This document shows positions 11,836-24,700 of a DNA stretch of 64,000 nucleotides, in pieces. The position numbers and the translations under genes were made by a program. The stretch lies in contig JAUCBJ010000054.1 of the NCBI GenBank assembly GCA_032718475.1, forward strand, positions 26,072 to 90,071, read 5' to 3'. Under the pieces are notes generated by a model, which ran no database searches, was not told the origin of the DNA, and was given only the letters and a program-made list of their open reading frames with translations. The stretch is from Nemertoderma westbladi (taxonomy: Eukaryota > Animalia > Xenacoelomorpha). Position 1 is the first letter of the stretch. The number at the start of each line of letters is the position of its first letter.

Positions 11836-14463
11836 AGTGTCGTTATTGAGGTACCTGGACTCCCCCCCCCCCCCCCCCCCCCCAATTTTTCTACAAATCT
11901 TAATGAGATTGCATGAAATTTGAAACATAGATAGTTTCACCTCCCCCCCTCCTTGCTGGGTGAGCCAGAATTTTTATTTTTGCTTTCATTCTTTAGCTAC
12001 AAACGTTTAAAAAAGGTGTCTCCGTCGGTATTGCGCCAGTTACACCGCAGTTATTCTTCAACCTTATAGCGATTTGTTGATATTGATGGATAGATGACCA
12101 TGCAAGGATTCCAATATGAATCACAATCTGAATTTCGTCGTAAAGCAGCTGAGATATGAGCGTTCAACATGATTTAGCATCTGCGCGACGCTATTTTATT
12201 TTATTCGGCAACTTTCCGAAGATGAACTCCAAAGAATTATCTAATAGTTCTCTGGTTAATAGTTCTCTCTAAATGTTCTCTGCAATACAATTTGGTATAT
12301 TTCATTTGTGCGTAAAAATATGCAATTTTACTTTGAAGATAATATATTGATTGATTTGTTTATTTGCATCTTTCGTTTACATATCAAACTGCAACCAACC
12401 ATGATGGTGAACAAAACCCTCACCGATTGGTTAGTGCCGCATAATATTTTAAATCGGTGCACATGTAGGTGACGCAATAGCAATGCCAGTTTAGAGTTAC
12501 CTACATGGTCATAGAGAAAGATGGTTGAGGTTGGTTGGGGCTTCTGGGGGGGGGGGGGGGGGGGGGGGGGGGCCCAGGCTGGCCAAAGCTGTCCATATTA
12601 TCGATAATCCAAATTTTGTTAAGGTTATAATTGACTTAACTTTATCAATAATCTAATGTAAATAAAGGAATAATTTTAAATGTAAAAGAAACAAACAATG
12701 AAAGAAAAGGTGACACAAAAACAGAATAATTAATTATTTTTCGTTTTGCAAATAATTCTTTAAAGATTTTGAGAAAAGAAACTTTGAACCCAGACTACGC
12801 AAATGGTTTGGAAGAGAGTTCCATATTTTTGGACCCTGAAAAGGAATAGATCGTCGTCCTACTTCTAAACGAAATTGAGGTAAATAGAAACAACCCTGGG
12901 AAGAAGCATGAGTGTTGTGGGTGTGGATGGTGGCTGTTTTCCGGAAAAGATAAGCAAGAAGGTTAATTATTATTATTATTATTATTAGCGCTCTTTAATG
13001 GTAAAAAATACAACAATTTATACAAAAAAATAAAACACGTTAGAGGGAGACCACCACTAGGCACCAGGCACTTACAGTGTAGGTTTAAAGTTCACTATGC
13101 ATCACATCACAAGTTCACGATACAATGAAAACACATGTAAAAACAGCAATAACAATTATGAAGAAAAACGGATTATAAAAATTTTCAGAAATAAAATCAT
13201 TTCAGCTACACTCACGGACGGTAAGAAATTGGGTATAAGTAAAACTACAATTTGGACCATGGATGATATGAACAATAATGAAATTATATCAGATAAAGTA
13301 ATAATATCAGATATCAAAATTACAGAAAGGCAGAAAATCGAAATCAAGTAGCAAATGAGAAAATATTGAAAGTGATTTTGCACCAACAGTTTCAGACTAG
13401 TAGTGATAGACTAGTAGGTGATGAGAAGTGATGAGAATATAGTGTCGGCTTGACCGACTTCATTATGTTAATAATAAATATCACTCTACTCTACAACCCA
13501 GACAGTAAGCAAACATTAACTGGTTTAGCTGGCTATTACAGTCTCAGCTGAATAACTCTTCCCAATGCATCCTTGCTATGTTAATTAATTAGCGTGCAAG
13601 CTAAATGACTGTTAGTTATACAGTGTGTTGGCTACTATTGATTGTACTGTGCTCTCTAGCTCTCATCTAATTATTGTTTTATTTTAAAATCCGTGTGCCA
13701 ACATTAATACTGTGGAGGCTGTATGCTTATAAGGCTGAATGTTTACTCAGCCTCATAATGATTCTCCATAAGGCTAACATCATAGTTTGAAATATAAAAA
13801 TCTGTTATAATAATAATATAATTGTTGTATTTAATTAATATCGTGGTTTACATTGAACAGTGTAAATTGTCAATCGAGGTTTACATTGAAACATCTCAAC
13901 TTGTTTTATTTATTACAAAAATAAGAACGAATTTATCTTATCACTTCTTGTGCGCGATTGTATTGAATTCATGGCAACTGCTGTTATTATTATCAATTGA
14001 CACCTCGACTCCTCTCTGAGATTCCGGCTACTCTATCCGATAGAACAAAATAATCATTTCGCTAACTGCTCTCTATCTTCTATAATCACAACAGCTTTTA
14101 TAATTCATTAGATGATTACCACATAATAATTATTATAGTTTGAAGTTGTCTAGAAAATTTTTCGTACACCACTGGGACTACCCTCACACTTATTTATTAT
14201 CAGACAGAACAAAAAGCTTTTACTTGACATGTACTGTCTCCTACGACTTGCTTCACGGGCCGCTAGGTCCGTCTCTAGTAAACTATTGTAGTTTTTTAGG
14301 AAAAAAAAATAATAAATTACTCCTAAAATCAACAGAAAACGAGCAATCGAGAACACTTTCAAAAAAAGTTCAAAACTAGCTAGTACAGTATAAAACATTC
14401 GGGAGGTTTGCGCCCCAAACATAATCGAGTTTCGACTGAATTCTCGCTCGTCGGCCAACAGAT

Positions 14464-17400
14464 TTATTAGCTTATCTTTAGTTTAATTGTCTTCTTTATG
14501 GGGTCGATCTGCTCTCCTTCGCTCTCTGTCGCGTACCATATTGGGTGACCTACTTTATTAGTTCATCTTTAGTTTCATTTTCGTCTTTATGGGGTCGATC
14601 TGCTCTCCTTCGCTCTCTGTCGTGTACCATATTGGGTGATCTACTTTATTAGTTCATCTTTAGTTTAATTGTCTTCTTTATGGGGTCGATCTGCTCTCTT
14701 TCGCTCTCTGTCGCGTACCATATTGGGTGATCTACTTTATTAGTTCATCTTTAGTTTCATTTTCGTCTTTATGGGGTCGATCTGCTCTCCTCCGCTCTCT
14801 GTCGCATACCATATTGGGTGATCTACTTTATTAGTTCATCTTTAGTTTAATTGTCTTCCTTATGGGGTCGATCTGCTCTCCTTCGCTCTCTGTCGTGTAC
14901 CATATTGGGTGATCTACTTTATTAGTTCATCTTTAGTTTCATTTTCGTCTTTATGGGGTCGATCTGCTCTCCTCCGCTCTCTGTCGCGTACCATATTGGG
15001 TGATCTACTTTATTAGTTTATCTTTAGTTTAATTGTCTTCTTTATGGGGTCGATCTGCTCTCCTTCGCTCTCTGCCGCGTACCATATCGGGTGATCTAAT
15101 TTATTAGTTCATCTTTAGTTTCATTTTCGTCTTTATGGGGTCGATCTTCTCTCCTTCGCTCTCTGTCGCATACCATATTGGGTGATCTACTTTATTAGTT
15201 CATCTTTAGTTTAATTGTCTTCTTTATGGGGTCGATCTGCTCTCCTTCGCTCTCTGTCGCGTACCATATTGGGTGATCTACTTTATTAGTTCACCTTTAG
15301 TTTAATTGTCTTCTTTATGGGGTCGATCCGCTCTCCTTCGCTCTCTGTCGCGTACCATATTGGGTGATCTACTTTATTAGTTCATCTTTAGTTTCATTTT
15401 CGTCTTTATGGGGTCGATCTGCTCTCCTCCGCTCTCTGTCGCGTACCATATTGGGTGATCTACTTTATTAGTTCATCTTTAGTTTCATTTTCGTCTTTAT
15501 GGGGTCGATCTGCTCTCCTCCGCTCTCTGTCGCGTACCATATTGGGTGATCTACTTTATTAGTTTATCTTTAGTTTAATTTTCGTCTTTATGGGGTCGAT
15601 CTGCTCTCCTTCGCTCTCTGTCGCGTACCATATTGGGTGATCTACTTTATTAGTTCATCTTTAGTTTCATTTTCGTCTTTATGGGGTCGATCTGCTCTCC
15701 TTCGCTCTCTGTCGCGTACCATATTGGGTGATCTACTTTATTAGTTCATCTTTAGTTTCATTTTCGTCTTTATGGGGTCGATCTGCTCTCCTTCGCTCTC
15801 TGCCGCGTACCATATCGGGTGATCTAATTTATTAGTTCATCTTTAGTTTCATTTTCGTCTTTATGGGGTCGATCTGCTCTCCTTCGCTCTCTGCCGCGTA
15901 CCATATCGGGTGATCTAATTTATTAGTTCATCTTTAGTTTCATTTTCGTCTTTATGGGGTCGATCTGCTCTCCTTCGCTCTCTGCCGCGTACCATATCGG
16001 GTGATCTAATTTATTAGTTCATCTTTAGTTTCATTTTCGTCTTTATGGGGTCAATCTGCTCTCCTTCGCTCTCTGTCGCGTACCATATTGGGTGATCTAC
16101 TTTATTAGTTCATCTTTAGTTTCATTTTCGTCTTTATGGGGTCGATCTGCTCTCCTCCGCTCTCTGTCGCGTACCATATTGGGTGATCTACTTTATTAGT
16201 TTATCTTTAGTTTAATTGTCTTTTTTATGGGGTCGATCTGCTCTCCTTCGCTCTCTGCCGCGTACCATATCGGGTGATCTAATTTATTAGTTCATCTTTA
16301 GTTTCATTTTCGTCTTTATGGGGTCGATCTGCTCTCCTTCGCTCTCTGTCGCGTACCATATTGGGTGATCTACTTTATTAGTTCATCTTTAGTTTCATTT
16401 TCGTCTTTATGGGGTCGATCTGCTCTCCTCCGCTCTCTGTCGCGTACCATATTGGGTGATCTACTTTATTAGTTCATCTTTAGTTTCATTTTCGTCTTTA
16501 TGGGGTCGATCTGCTCTCCTCCGCTCTCTGTCGCGTACCATATTGGGTGATCTACTTTATTAGTTTATCTTTAGTTTAATTGTCTTCTTTATGGGGTCGA
16601 TCTGCTCTCCTTCGCTCTCTGCCGCGTACCATATCGGGTGATCTAATTTATTAGTTCATCTTTAGTTTCATTTTCGTCTTTATGGGGTCGATCTGCTCTC
16701 CTTCGCTCTCTGTCGCATACCATATTGGGTGATCTACTTTATTAGTTCATCTTTAGTTTAATTGTCTTCTTTATGGGGTCGATCTGCTCTCCTTCGCTCT
16801 CTGTCGCGTACCATATTGGGTGATCTACTTTATTAGTTCACCTTTAGTTTAATTGTCTTCTTTATGGGGTCGATCCGCTCTCCTTCGCTCTCTGTCGCGT
16901 ACCATATTGGGTGATCTACTTGATTAGTTCATCTTTAGTTTAATTGTCTTCTTTATGGGGTCGATCTGCTCTCCTCCGCTCTCTGTCGCGTACCATATTG
17001 GGTGATCTACTTTATTAGTTCATCTTTAGTTTCATTTTCGTCTTTATGGGGTCGATCTGCTCTCCTTCGCTCTCTGTCGCGTACCATATCGGGTGATCTA
17101 ATTTATTAGTTCATCTTTAGTTTAATTGTCTTCTTTATGGGGTTGATCTGCTCTCCTTCACTCTCTGTCGCGTACCATATTGGGTGATCTACTTTATTAG
17201 TTCATCTTTAGTTTAATTGTTTTCTTTATGGGGTCGATCTGCTTTCCTTCGCTCTCTGTCGCGTACCATATTGGGTGATCTACTTTATTAGTTCATCTTT
17301 AGTATAATTGTCTTCTTTATGGGGTCGATCTGCTCTCCTTCGCTCTCTGTCGCGTACCATATTGGGTGATCTACTTTATTAGTTCATCTTTAGTTTCATT

Positions 17401-18290
17401 TTTGTCTTTATGGGGTCGATCTGCTCTCCTTCGCTCTCTGTCGCGTACCATATTGGGTGATCTACTTTATTAATTCATCTTTAGTTTAATTGTCTTCTTT
17501 ATGGGGTCGATCTGCTCTCCTTCGATCTTTGTCGCGTACCATATTGGGTGATCTACTTTATTAGTTCATCTTTAGTTTCATTTTCGTCTTTATGGGATTG
17601 ATCTGCTCTCCTTCGCTCTCTGTCGCGTACCATATTGGGTGATCTACTTTATTAGTTCACCTTTAGTTTAATTGTCTTCTTTATGGGGTCGATCTGCTCT
17701 CCTTCGCTCTCTGTCGCGTACCATATTGGGTGATCTACTTTATTAGTTCATCTTTAGTTTCATTTTCGTCTTTATGGGGTTGATCTGCTCTCCTTCGCTC
17801 TCTGTCGCGTACCATATTGGGTGATCTACTTTATTAGTTCATCTTTAGTTTCATTTTCGTCTTTATGGGGTCGATCTGCTCTCCTCCGCTCTCTGTCGTG
17901 TACCGTATTGGGTGATCTACTTTATTAGTTTATCTTTAGTTTAATTGTCTTCTTTATGGGGCCGATCTGCTCTCCTTCGCTCTCTGTCGCGTACTATATT
18001 GGGTTATCTACTTTATTAGTTCATCTTTAGTTTCATTTTCGTCTTTATGGGGTCGATCTGCTCTCCTCCGCTCTCTGTCGCGTACCATATTGGGTGATCT
18101 ACTATATTAGTTCATCTTTAGTTTCATTTTCGTCTTTATGGGGTCGATCTGCTCTCCTCCGCTCTCTGTCGCGTACCATATTGGCTGATCTACTTTATTA
18201 GTTCATCTTTAGTTTCATTTTCGTCTTTATGGGGTCGATCTGCTCTCCTCCGCTCTCTGCCGTGTACCATTTGGGTGATCTACTTTATTA
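14464..18290 (-). repeat. 91-bp satellite (~42 units) derived from the 3' coding end of the adjacent FReD gene
   Basis: Minus-strand unit translates VDHPIWYATESEGEQIDPIKTKMKLKMN** and the array is continuous with the FReD ORF at 18290. Confidence 0.9.
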
Positions 18291-19115
18291 ACTCTTTCAC
18301 TATTACCATTGAGATTGGATTGAACATTGAGATTATTCCAACACCCACCTCCAATTACTTTGGCGAGGTTCATCTGCTCATGTTTGTCATTATCATTATC
18401 TCTAGTTGAGAACATCATCTTGTTGGTAGTAACTGATACTTTGTTACTTGATTTTATTTTTATCATAGCATTTCCAGCTGTTGAAGTTGTGTTGTAGCCG
18501 CTGATATGTAAAATGTAATTTGTTTCTTTTGATCCAATAGAGAATACATCATATATGGCGAAGGTCTGTTTGTTTCTGTACCACAAATCAACGCGTAGAG
18601 TGGATTTTCGACAAATGGTGAATCTTTTCTAGACCGACCCAGAAGCTCTTGGTAATATCGCCAAACCCGACTTCGTATTCCTTCCATTTTTGGTTGAAAT
18701 TATATGTCATGTCTTCGTGTCTTTGGATAACGACCCAAGAAACTCCATCTTCCATCTCGCAACGTGTTGTTAACTCGGGAAGTCCGAAACATTCGCTGGT
18801 AGGGTTGTCTTCCAAGGGAGCCGCGCACGGAAAAATAGCGCGACACTTCCTCATTAGCCGTTCTTCCTCATTCCATCTGGCTTTGTCCGTCAACCAAATA
18901 CCGACACCGACTACAATCCCGACTGCCACAACCACAACACTAATTACCAGTCCGTAAAATAATCGTTTATTTTTCAGTCTATCATTTTGAATTCTCCTTA
19001 ATTGCGCTTTGCGCTTGAACTTCCTCAACTTGTCTGGCTCCTCTTGCGCTGTATCGTATGATGGATCCTCCGCAGTTTCAAAGGATTCCTCTTCGGATGC
19101 GATAGAAGATGGCAT
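18198..19115 (-). pseudogene. Type II membrane fibrinogen-related domain (FReD) gene, intronless, two frameshifts
   Basis: TM helix, then WVVIQR, FNQKWKEYEVGFGD..FWVGLEKIH, LRVDL, MMFSTRDNDND, SNLNG; extra base near 18605 and missing base at 18270. Confidence 0.8.
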
Positions 19116-19403
19116 ATCGGAGAAACATTAATAAACTGATTGTAATTTTTATATAATTTTACAGGCGACTCTTACACTGTATACGGCGATATAAACTCTA
19201 GGTTAATTTGCATGTATTATTATCTTTACGTTATTAGCTACTTTGTGTAATAAATTCCGGCTGAGTGGTCTATTACTTAGAAGGCGTTGCTGCTTTTATA
19301 CAATCTAATGTTAAGTTAATGAATACACCGTTTTTTTGTTACTACACAACGGCAGTACTATAATATGTATAGTAAAATGTGTATAAACGAGGTTTTTTGG
19401 GAA

Positions 19404-20409
19404 GAGTTCCGTATTCTTCCCTATTATCTATTTTTTTACTTGCTATTGCTATTATAAGCAATTTTTGTTATATTTTTGTTGCTTAAACATTAATCAATAA
19501 CATAACTCCAAAAAATAAAAAAAAATAAAAAATATTTAAAATTTTTGACGTTGGCACAGTTCGACGTTAGCACAGTAGCTACCGGTAGTGTTTTTTTGGG
19601 TAGCTATTGTTTTTAAAATTACAAAACAAAATTGTTGGTACCCGTACCTAATTTTAGATCAATTTTTACCATGTTAATGGATATTATCATGATGTTTTTT
19701 GTTCTAGAACGTACATTTCACCTTCTGAGAGAGGTTAGCTATTATTTTTTATTATGGTAGCTAGTGTTTTTAAAGGTAGCTAGTGATCTTAAAATTACAA
19801 AAGAAAATTTGTAGTGCCCCTTTTATTTAGACAATTTCCATATCATCAATATATTCTTGAAATTACTAATAAAAACAGAAATACATCCAGAAATTTTTTG
19901 GATGCTCTGGTAAAGATCAAGAAAATACTGTAGTATTATTAAACATGATAAACTAGTCCTTTAAGCAGCGGTAGTGTTCTGACTGAGTATAATAAAAATG
20001 TATATAATTTACATTTCTGAATCGTAAAAACTGTATTTTTTTAGACATCTGCCTATTTTGTATAAAAACCAGCTAGGGAATAATTACTAGGACTACAGTA
20101 GCTACTATACTTTGACTATCAAATAAAAATTACCTACTACCATGCCATGACTCATTATTCCAGACAAATATATAATTGAGAATTAAATTATATCTTAAAT
20201 TTTTTTACTAGCTAATAAATAGTACTAGCTGACACAAAACCAAAATTACTAGCTACCACCTTACTGACAGAAGGGCAAATATTTGTTCTAGAACAAAAAA
20301 TCTCACGATAAAAGCGTTTCGCTAAATATAGGAAGACATTACAGATAAAGTAAATATATTATTTCCATTAATATTACCAAAATATCACGTGGGGAGGAAT
20401 ACGGAACTC
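19404..20409. mobile_element. Non-autonomous DNA element with GAGTTCCGTATTC TIRs
   Basis: GAGTTCCGTATTCTTCCC at 19404 and GGGAGGAATACGGAACTC ending 20409; no short TSD seen. Confidence 0.6.
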
Positions 20410-20634
20410 TAGCCAAACACCGACACCGACTACAATCCCGACCACCACAACCACAATACTAATTACCAGTCCGTAAAATAATCGTTTATTTTTCAGTCTA
20501 TCATTTTGAATTCTCCTTAATTGCGCTTTGCGCTTGAATTTCCTCAACTTGTCTGGCTCCTCTTGCGCTGTATCGTATGATTGATCCTCCGCAGTTTCAA
20601 ATGATTCATCTTCGGATGCGATAGAAGATGGCAT
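20374..20634 (-). pseudogene. Truncated duplicate of the FReD 5' end (cytoplasmic tail + TM only)
   Basis: Near-identical to 18890-19115; upstream homology continues to ~20817; last 11 residues come from the TIR. Confidence 0.8.
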
Positions 20635-20879
20635 ATCGGAGAAACGTTAATCAACTGATTGTAATTTTTATATAATTTTACAGGTAACTCTTATACTGTA
20701 TACGGCGTTCTAAACTCTAGGTTAATTTGCATGTAATATTTATCTTTAGGCCTACGTTATTAGCTACTGTAGTGTAATAAATTCCGGCTATTACTTTGAA
20801 GGCGTTGCTGCTTTTATGAGACAGGGGGGGGGGGGGGGGGGGGGACTGGACGCAAACCCGCCTTGGCGAATTAATATCC

Positions 20880-21552
20880 GGTACTAGTGGGTTATAGGTA
20901 CACACCCCCTCAATTTTTTTTACTAGCTACTGTAGTTTTTGCAATTTCTTTTTATGAAATGTTCTAGAACATGAGATACATTTGAAAAAATAATAAAATG
21001 TTCTAGAACAAATATTTTTTGTTCTAGAACAAATTAAAAAAAAGTTTACAAATTTTACTTTTTGTTAGTTATGTTTTATTTGATGTAAAGGAAATTGAAT
21101 TTTCTAGAATATTCGAAATTCTACAGCTATGGTTTGACTTTCGCCCAACAACTAGCTGAGTTTCGTTGGAAGCTTCTCCACAAATAAAACCTATTTTCTG
21201 CTCTGTTGGATTTGATCAGAAAATATTACGCGCTGTCTGCAAAATAATAAATATTATTAAAAACGTTCTAGTTTAAAGTAACTAAACTTAAAGTTCTAGA
21301 ACAAAAACTATTTGTTCTAGAACTTTTTTTTTCTAGTTCTGAATAGCTAACATGTTCTAGAACATTATTAAAAAATAAAAATAGAACATTAATTTTTTTT
21401 AAATAATTATAGAACAAAAAATAGTTTTTCTAGAACATATATATATTTTTTTTAATAGCTAACATGTTCTAGAACATGTTCATAAAAAGAAATAGCCAAA
21501 ACTAGGTAGTAAAAAAAATTTGAGGGGGGTGTACCTATAACACACTAGTGCC
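20880..21552. mobile_element. Foldback MITE (GG-ended family)
   Basis: TIR GGTACTAGTGGGTTATAGGTACAC / GTGTACCTATAACACACTAGTGCC; flanks TAATATCC/TAATATGT (partial TSD). Confidence 0.8.
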
Positions 21553-21774
21553 TAATATGTATAGTAAAATGTGTATATACGAGGTTTTTTGAAGTAGCTA
21601 GTTTTTGCTACGGTTCCGTATGCCACTACAATTTTTAAACCTTAACCATTGCTACTATGGTAACAATAGTAGTTATAGAACACCATATAAATGTTATTCA
21701 ACTATTCTAGAACATAAATAAAATAAAAATATAATGTTCTAGAACATGTAGCTAGTTATTTTTAAAAAATACTA

Positions 21775-24700
21775 GGTACTGGTGCAGTATGCGTGCACCC
21801 CCACCAAATTGTTTCTACTAGTAAAGTTCTATTTTTGAAAACAGTTAGCTATTTCATTTTGAAAAAATTAATGTTCTCGAACAAATATTTATTGTTCTAA
21901 AACATTTTTTAGACAAAGGCCAGGTTTGTATTTAAAAAGAATGGGATAGTTATAAAGCGTGTATAAAATAAATAATTTTTTTTAATATATTGTAATTTTT
22001 CAATTAAATTATGATGATAATAATAATAAATAAATTATTGATGGTAATATCTGCGATAATTGCCTATTCTATACTCTTAATTATAGAACTGCGATAATTT
22101 CCTATTCTATGCACTTAAATATAGCTAGTCAAAATGTATTAGTTTCAATGTTCTAGAATAATGTTGAACGAGATTCATTAAAATTCTTAACTTCTGTTAA
22201 TGAATGAATTGAATGAATTGAATTTTAATGTTATGGGCTCATGCCCCCAGCCGCTAGCGGCTTACCAGACACCAGATTATAATAATGCACAGCACTATAA
22301 CACAAAAATATATTTAAAAAGAGAGATGAATAACTATAATTATAGACAAAACTGAATATAGCTGAAATATATGATAGAGAAAATATTCGAATTTACAAAT
22401 CAGTAATCAATTACAAATGATTGTACAATATATTTTTCCGATCATCAAACAATGAAGATAAATATTTAACCGCACCAACTTGATTATCGCACATGAAATA
22501 TTTAAGTTTTTGTTGATTATTTAATTTACGTATATCTAGTGGTATAGAAGAGCGGTCTAAAGCACTACAGTCACTCAGAAAGTGGACCTCATCCTCGATC
22601 TCGCCCGATCGGCACACAGTGCAAATGCGGTCTTCTAATGACCTGCCCTGGAAACGACCCACCTCGATCGCTAGAGGAAGAACTCCACACCGGAATTGAG
22701 CCATTAGACTGCGCTGGCTACGTGTAACACACTTATTAACAACATATTGCTCTGCACCGAAAATACTTTTAAATTTAATATAGGTACGTAGTTTAGGTTT
22801 CGATTTTAATTCAGAACTCCACTTATCTTCAAAATATTTATCGCATGATTTGCTAAAATTATTTAAATTAACCTTAAGTTTCCTATGGTAAGAGTCTGTA
22901 AAATTAAGCACCTTGAAAATACTTAGCATTTCATTGCACCACCCTGAGGTGTCACCATGATCAACATTAAAAATCTGTTTAGGCAGACGGTCATCTGTCA
23001 TTTCCACCAATCGGTTCCAGCGCCTAGCCAAGCTAAGATAACGTCTGTGTTGAGGATAAATCCAGCCCATTTCACCTTCAACTGCCAAGTTTGGTGTGAA
23101 CTTATGGACACCTAAGAATGATCGCATCACCTTTCGGTGTACAGTATCAATATCTGGCGCAGCTAGATACCCCCAAACACCAGACGCATTATCCAGGATG
23201 GGACAAACGCATGAATTATATAAAGAGGTGTATGTATTATAGAAAAAACCACCAACAAGTTTAGAACGTGAAATTATTGCACCAAATGCACGTTTATCAG
23301 AGTCTGTTAAGGTTTTAATCGCTTTGTCGAATTTTAGAAATTCGTCAAAAAATACACCAAGATACCTATAATCATGTACAATTTTTACAGCTGATTCACC
23401 AATATAAAATTTAAACTCAGTTAATGGTCGACGCACTCCGCGAAAATGGATTATTTCTGATTTAGATATATTAACTAACAGTCATTTTCCATCGCTGGGT
23501 CCAGCGGTGCAAACAATTTAAAAGTAACTGTAGATCAGATTCTGTTTCAGCCAAAAGCACCACATCATCAGCATAAACTAATATAGAGAAAATTAGATCA
23601 CCAAATTGAACACCTAATTTACACTCTTTTATATCCTCTATTAGACTATTAATGAAAATATTAAAAAGTGCCGGAGATAAATTATCACCTTGCCTTACAC
23701 CCTTTAAAGTACGAAACCAGGAGGTCTGATAATTATTAACTAAAACAGAGGCTACAGTTTCTGAGTATAAGGCTTTTATACTACGATACAAGTTACCGCC
23801 AATTCCAACTGTAAACTAAAGAGTAACAAATCCCTATCTACGCAATCAAAAGCTTGCGAAAAATCTACGAAGGCTACAAAAGTAGACTTGCTGGAATTTA
23901 TTCGGTTGCTTATAATAGAATGTAAAAGGTAAATATGATCTTCGCACGAGCGACCCGTTTTGCTCTTCCGCCAATGTATTATTCTTATCGCAGAATTCTG
24001 AAACTCTAGAATTTAAAATACTTGTATAAAGTTTGCTCATACAGGAAAGTAAGCTTATACCACGATAACTTGATGGTGATGTAAAATCTGTCATTGTGCT
24101 TTTAGGTATGGGCTTAATCACTGCCTTCAGCCAGATACTAGGGACGACACCCTCCTTGAAAATGGAATCAAATAAAGTTGCTAATAAATCGTTTAAAGAT
24201 TCTCGTTTCAGGATTTCATTTGGAATTTATCAGGGCCGATCGACTTGTTAAATTTGAGCTTCTTTGCAGCACGTGCGACATCCTCGCTAGTTATACTGCA
24301 GTTTTCTGGTGAATCGGGATCGTAGGCCGGGGAATCGAGAACCCATTCAAATTGCTCACGTTCGCGTGAAACAGTTGAAGCGAACTCATTCGAGTTACTT
24401 ACATTTTCACAATTTTCGCCGTTACTAGAAAAGACACCAGGAGGTAGTCGCGAGGGCGAGTTTATGTCGGCGTTAAGTAAATTACTAAAGCCTTCTCTCC
24501 AGTGATTAAGAACATCAGCGGGATCATTAGATACTGCACCATCTTTCTCTACCTCGAAAGGTATACGTGAATCTTTCCGTGGACCAAGCGATTTCAGATA
24601 ATTCCAGAATTGCTTCGGGTCGTTGGTGTTTAATTCTTCAACTATATTCCTTGAGCGCCATTGATATTGACGTTCTTTCCTCCGCAGGGTTCGATCGAAT

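Noticed and set aside
11359-11940. ORFs over the 41-bp repeat
   Set aside because: Period is not a multiple of 3; the same peptide cycles through all frames
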